Positions 61,127-64,000 of a stretch of 64,000 bases of DNA are shown here, piece by piece. Source of the DNA: Verrucomicrobiia bacterium (GTDB lineage Bacteria > Verrucomicrobiota > Verrucomicrobiia > Palsa-1439); contig JBEKBH010000001.1 of assembly GCA_050015495.1 (NCBI GenBank), positions 28,284 through 92,283 on the forward strand. Reading direction: 5' to 3'. The translations under genes were made by a program, and so were the position numbers. Position 1 is the stretch's first letter. Each line of letters starts with the position of its first letter. The notes under the pieces are model-generated. The model was not told the origin of the DNA, did no database searches, and saw only the letters and a program-made list of their open reading frames with translations.

Positions 61127-61726
61127 ATGGCATATATGAGCAATCGAATGGCAATAGTAACTTTGTCGGTGTCAGTCGCGTTTCTGATACCCGCCGTTCT
61201 CAATTTTGCCCAGGGGCCGGCTGCTCCCCCGTTCCAGATCCGGGCTGTCCGGCAGCGACTCGTCAATCCGCCCGATTACCGGTCGATTATCCAGGACACC
61301 GGCAGTCGTGCCGTGAGCGCCAGCCAGTTCTGGCTGGAAATTGACACAGAATTTGCAAGCTCGCCTGATTGGGCCGACGACGTTCAATTGAAGTATTATG
61401 TGCTGCTGGGACGGGGCGAAAACGCGCATTGTCTTGTCGGCGATATCACCTACATCAACGTTGCCAGGGGCGACCTCCACCGCTCAGCCATGTTCGTGCA
61501 TCCGAACACCGTCGAACGCTACGGCAATGGACGGGTCGAGGCTGTCGCGGTGCAGTTGCTTTACAAAGGGCAGCTGATTGACCAAAGCAGTTATCCTCCC
61601 TCCGGCGACCGCTGGTGGGAGCGGCTGACGCCGGTCAGCGGCCTTGTGCTGCCTCCCCGGGAAACTCCATGGTCTGTTCTTGCCTTTGACCGCTATGAGT
61701 CACCCAAACCTACACCGTCACCATAA
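61127..61726 (+). CDS. Hypothetical secreted protein (199 aa) immediately upstream of the pilus-assembly genes
   Basis: The signal-like N-terminus is MAYMSNRMAIVTLSVSVAFLIPAVLNFAQG. It has no motif I recognise. Confidence 0.45.
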   Translation: MAYMSNRMAIVTLSVSVAFLIPAVLNFAQGPAAPPFQIRAVRQRLVNPPDYRSIIQDTGSRAVSASQFWLEIDTEFASSPDWADDVQLKYYVLLGRGENAHCLVGDITYINVARGDLHRSAMFVHPNTVERYGNGRVEAVAVQLLYKGQLIDQSSYPPSGDRWWERLTPVSGLVLPPRETPWSVLAFDRYESPKPTPSP

Positions 61727-61744
61727 CCGCACCATGAACCATTT

Positions 61745-63523
61745 ATGTTAGGCTCCGACCGAATGCTGGCGCTGGACATCGGCGCGTCCACCATCAAGGT
61801 GGGAGAATTTCAAGCCGTCAAGGGCCAGGGATTGCGGCTGACGAATTTCAACTATGCCGAACTCGGGATCGATCCCGAACACGAGGAAAATCGCAAGGCG
61901 CTGATCGTTTCCACCGTTCGCAATGTGATCCGCGAGAGAAACATCAAGGCCCGGAGTGTCGTGTTCAGCGTCTCCGGCCAATCCGTCTTCACCCGCTTCG
62001 TCAAGTTGCCGCCGGTCGATGAATCGAAGGTCGCCCAGATCATCCAGTATGAGGCCCAGCAGAACGTTCCCTTCCCGATCGATGAAGTCATTTGGGACTA
62101 TCAATTGCTCGGCAGCAACCCGCAAGGGGAGTTGGAGGTCGTGCTGCTGGCCATCAAGAGTGACATCATTGAAGACCTGACCGAAGGCGTGGAATCCTCC
62201 GGATTGCGGACGGACATCGTGGATGTGGCCCCGATGGCACTCTACAACTCGGTCCGGTACAACTACGGCGAGCTCGAGGGATGCACCATGGTTGTCGACC
62301 TCGGGGCGCGCACCACCAACCTCCTGTTCCTGGAACAAAATCGCGTCTTCTCACGGTCCATCCCCATCGCCGGCAACGCCATCACGCAAAGCATCGCCTC
62401 GGAGTTCAACGTGCCGTTCCTCGAAGCGGAGCACATGAAAAAGACCCACGGCTTCGTGGCGTTGGGCGGGGCCTACGAGGAACCCGAAAACGAAACTCAG
62501 GCCCGCGTCAGCAAGATCATCCGCAACGTGATGACCCGTCTCCACGCCGAGATTGCCCGTTCCATCAATTTCTACAAGGGACAACAGGGGGGCAACCTTC
62601 CCGCCCGCGTCCTGCTTTCGGGCGGCACCTCGATCATCCCGTACACGGATCGCTTCTTTAAGGAAAAGATCCAGACGGACATCGAATACTTCAATCCCTT
62701 CCGCAACGTGGAGATTGACCCGCAAGTTTCCCGTGAAGAACTGGCCCGATGCGCGCATTTCTTTGGAGAGGTCGTCGGCTTGGGCTTGCGCAAGACCACC
62801 GAATGCCCCATCGAGGTCAATCTCCTTCCCAAATCGGCCCGCCGTCGCGAGCAGATGCAACACCAACGGCCGTATCTCGCCACCGCGGCTGCCTGTGTGC
62901 TGCTCATTCCGCTCTGCTGGATCGGGTACACACACAAAACGGTGGCCTTGAAGACCGCCCAACTGCGGGAATTGACCGACGAGGTCAAGAACCTGGACAA
63001 CCTCAGCCAGCGCCTCGGCCGCGAACAGAACCAGTTGTCCGCGGTTCAGGGCAAAGCCGATCAAATCGTCTCGCTGGTTGACCAGCGGTCGCTCTGGCCG
63101 GAGCTGCTGCAAGACCTGACTTCGAGGCTCAGCTCGAACATATGGATCGTCTCCTTTACCCCGGATTCGGATGTCCCCGCCGGCGCCGCGCCCACAGCCG
63201 CGGCGCGTCCCCGGATGTCCGGTCGTGATGGACGCCGGGAAGGCGAGGAAAACGTTCCACCTCCGACAGCCACCTCCGGCTCCGCGGGTGGCGGCCCTGG
63301 CAGGGGCATCGCCGAAATTCGCATCGAGGGCGCGGGGATTCACTCCGCAGACAATCCGGAGCAGGACATCCAGTTGGTCGATGATTTTGCCAAGAACCTG
63401 CGTGAGTCATCCTTCTACGACAAGACGGACGTCGTGATTGATGTACCGCCAAACCCGACCTTGCAAGGGAAGACCTTTACCTTCACCATCCGCGCGAAAC
63501 TGCTAAAACCCATCTCCATGTAA
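61745..63523 (+). CDS. pilM: Type IV pilus assembly PilM-PilN fusion protein (actin-like ATPase fold fused to PilN TM/periplasmic segment)
   Basis: The N-terminal LALDIGASTIKVGEF and the later VVDLGARTTNLLFLEQN are the PilM/FtsA-like phosphate motifs. The sequence EVNLLPKSARRREQ, followed by a TM helix at about residue 375, matches the PilN N-terminus. Confidence 0.75.
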   Translation: MLGSDRMLALDIGASTIKVGEFQAVKGQGLRLTNFNYAELGIDPEHEENRKALIVSTVRNVIRERNIKARSVVFSVSGQSVFTRFVKLPPVDESKVAQIIQYEAQQNVPFPIDEVIWDYQLLGSNPQGELEVVLLAIKSDIIEDLTEGVESSGLRTDIVDVAPMALYNSVRYNYGELEGCTMVVDLGARTTNLLFLEQNRVFSRSIPIAGNAITQSIASEFNVPFLEAEHMKKTHGFVALGGAYEEPENETQARVSKIIRNVMTRLHAEIARSINFYKGQQGGNLPARVLLSGGTSIIPYTDRFFKEKIQTDIEYFNPFRNVEIDPQVSREELARCAHFFGEVVGLGLRKTTECPIEVNLLPKSARRREQMQHQRPYLATAAACVLLIPLCWIGYTHKTVALKTAQLRELTDEVKNLDNLSQRLGREQNQLSAVQGKADQIVSLVDQRSLWPELLQDLTSRLSSNIWIVSFTPDSDVPAGAAPTAAARPRMSGRDGRREGEENVPPPTATSGSAGGGPGRGIAEIRIEGAGIHSADNPEQDIQLVDDFAKNLRESSFYDKTDVVIDVPPNPTLQGKTFTFTIRAKLLKPISM

Positions 63524-63524
63524 T

Positions 63525-64000
63525 ATGAATCTCAAGTGGCTGAAACAGAACGCGTTGACGGTGGGGTTCGCGGCGGCTTTCGTCGTCGTGCTCGGGGTGT
63601 TAATCTGGCTGCAACAGGTTGCCGCGTCGAAGCGCGCTGAGGTCGATGCCGCCCTGGAGGAGCAACAGTCGCAATTCGACCATTTACGACAGCAGAAATC
63701 CGCGCCCTCGCGCGAGAGCATTGACGTCATCAAGCAAGACCGGGAGCAGGTTGACCAACTGTACGGTCGACTGGTGGGAGCCGTCGGCCACAGCATCGAA
63801 GTCCCGCCCGATCTCCGGCCTGTCGGTTTTCTTCAACTCATGGCCACGACGTTCTCGCGTCTTCATCAGGCGGCCGTGGCGGCGGGGACCAAACTTCAAG
63901 ACGGATTCGCCTTCGGGTTTGACCGTTACGCCGGGGCATCCTCGACTCTCCCCGCGAAGAACCTTTCCCCCGAAGACACGAAGCGTGTCCTGACCCTGCT
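63525..64000 (+). CDS. Partial CDS (3' end beyond window): PilO-like pilus-assembly membrane protein
   Basis: The ATG at 63525 gives MNLKWLKQNALTVGFAAAFVVVLGVLIWLQQ, an N-terminal TM helix, followed by a coiled-coil-like region. The ORF is open to the end of the window. It is not in the track because no stop lies within the window. Confidence 0.5.
   Translation, partial: MNLKWLKQNALTVGFAAAFVVVLGVLIWLQQVAASKRAEVDAALEEQQSQFDHLRQQKSAPSRESIDVIKQDREQVDQLYGRLVGAVGHSIEVPPDLRPVGFLQLMATTFSRLHQAAVAAGTKLQDGFAFGFDRYAGASSTLPAKNLSPEDTKRVLTL

Overview
This is a high-GC (about 62-65%) bacterial chromosomal segment. RCC1/FN3/beta-helix giant surface proteins, DUF1570, PATR-like repeats and GC-rich 'SPLP..GEG' miniature repeats point to a Verrucomicrobiota/Planctomycetota-type organism; that taxonomic guess is inference. 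Most of the window is core chromosome. It carries metH, lysA, argH, argG, pepA and purC, plus a cold-shock protein, an RRM RNA-binding protein, an ECF sigma/anti-sigma pair and a hybrid histidine kinase. There is a large envelope-glycan cluster with rmlA-rmlB-epimerase, a GT2, methyltransferases and three large polytopic GT-C/DUF2079/YfhO-like membrane proteins. A secreted-hydrolase block encodes a PldA-like outer-membrane phospholipase, a C1 papain-like peptidase, an S8 subtilase and a DUF1570 protein. At the right edge is a type IV pilus pilM-pilN fusion followed by a partial pilO-like gene. Two compositionally distinct, lower-GC inserts stand out. The first is a single ApeA-like gene with an RN-x3-H motif, ATGA-coupled to the end of metH (5490-6875). 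The second is a ~3 kb repeat-flanked island (about 16.9-19.8 kb) carrying a four-gene minus-strand operon. That operon encodes a possible PD-(D/E)xK protein, a wHTH-plus-unknown-domain protein, a small HEPN-motif protein and a 2TM membrane protein. I regard it as a candidate previously undescribed defence/abortive-infection cassette. Other features are a hicBA toxin-antitoxin pair, in-frame miniature palindromic repeat insertions inside metH and purC, a dispersed TTGGGTTCGTTT-core intergenic motif at two distant loci, and tandem repeats at the island boundary. No rRNA, tRNA or CRISPR array was recognised. All functional calls rest on motif recognition by eye from the translated ORFs, not on database searches.
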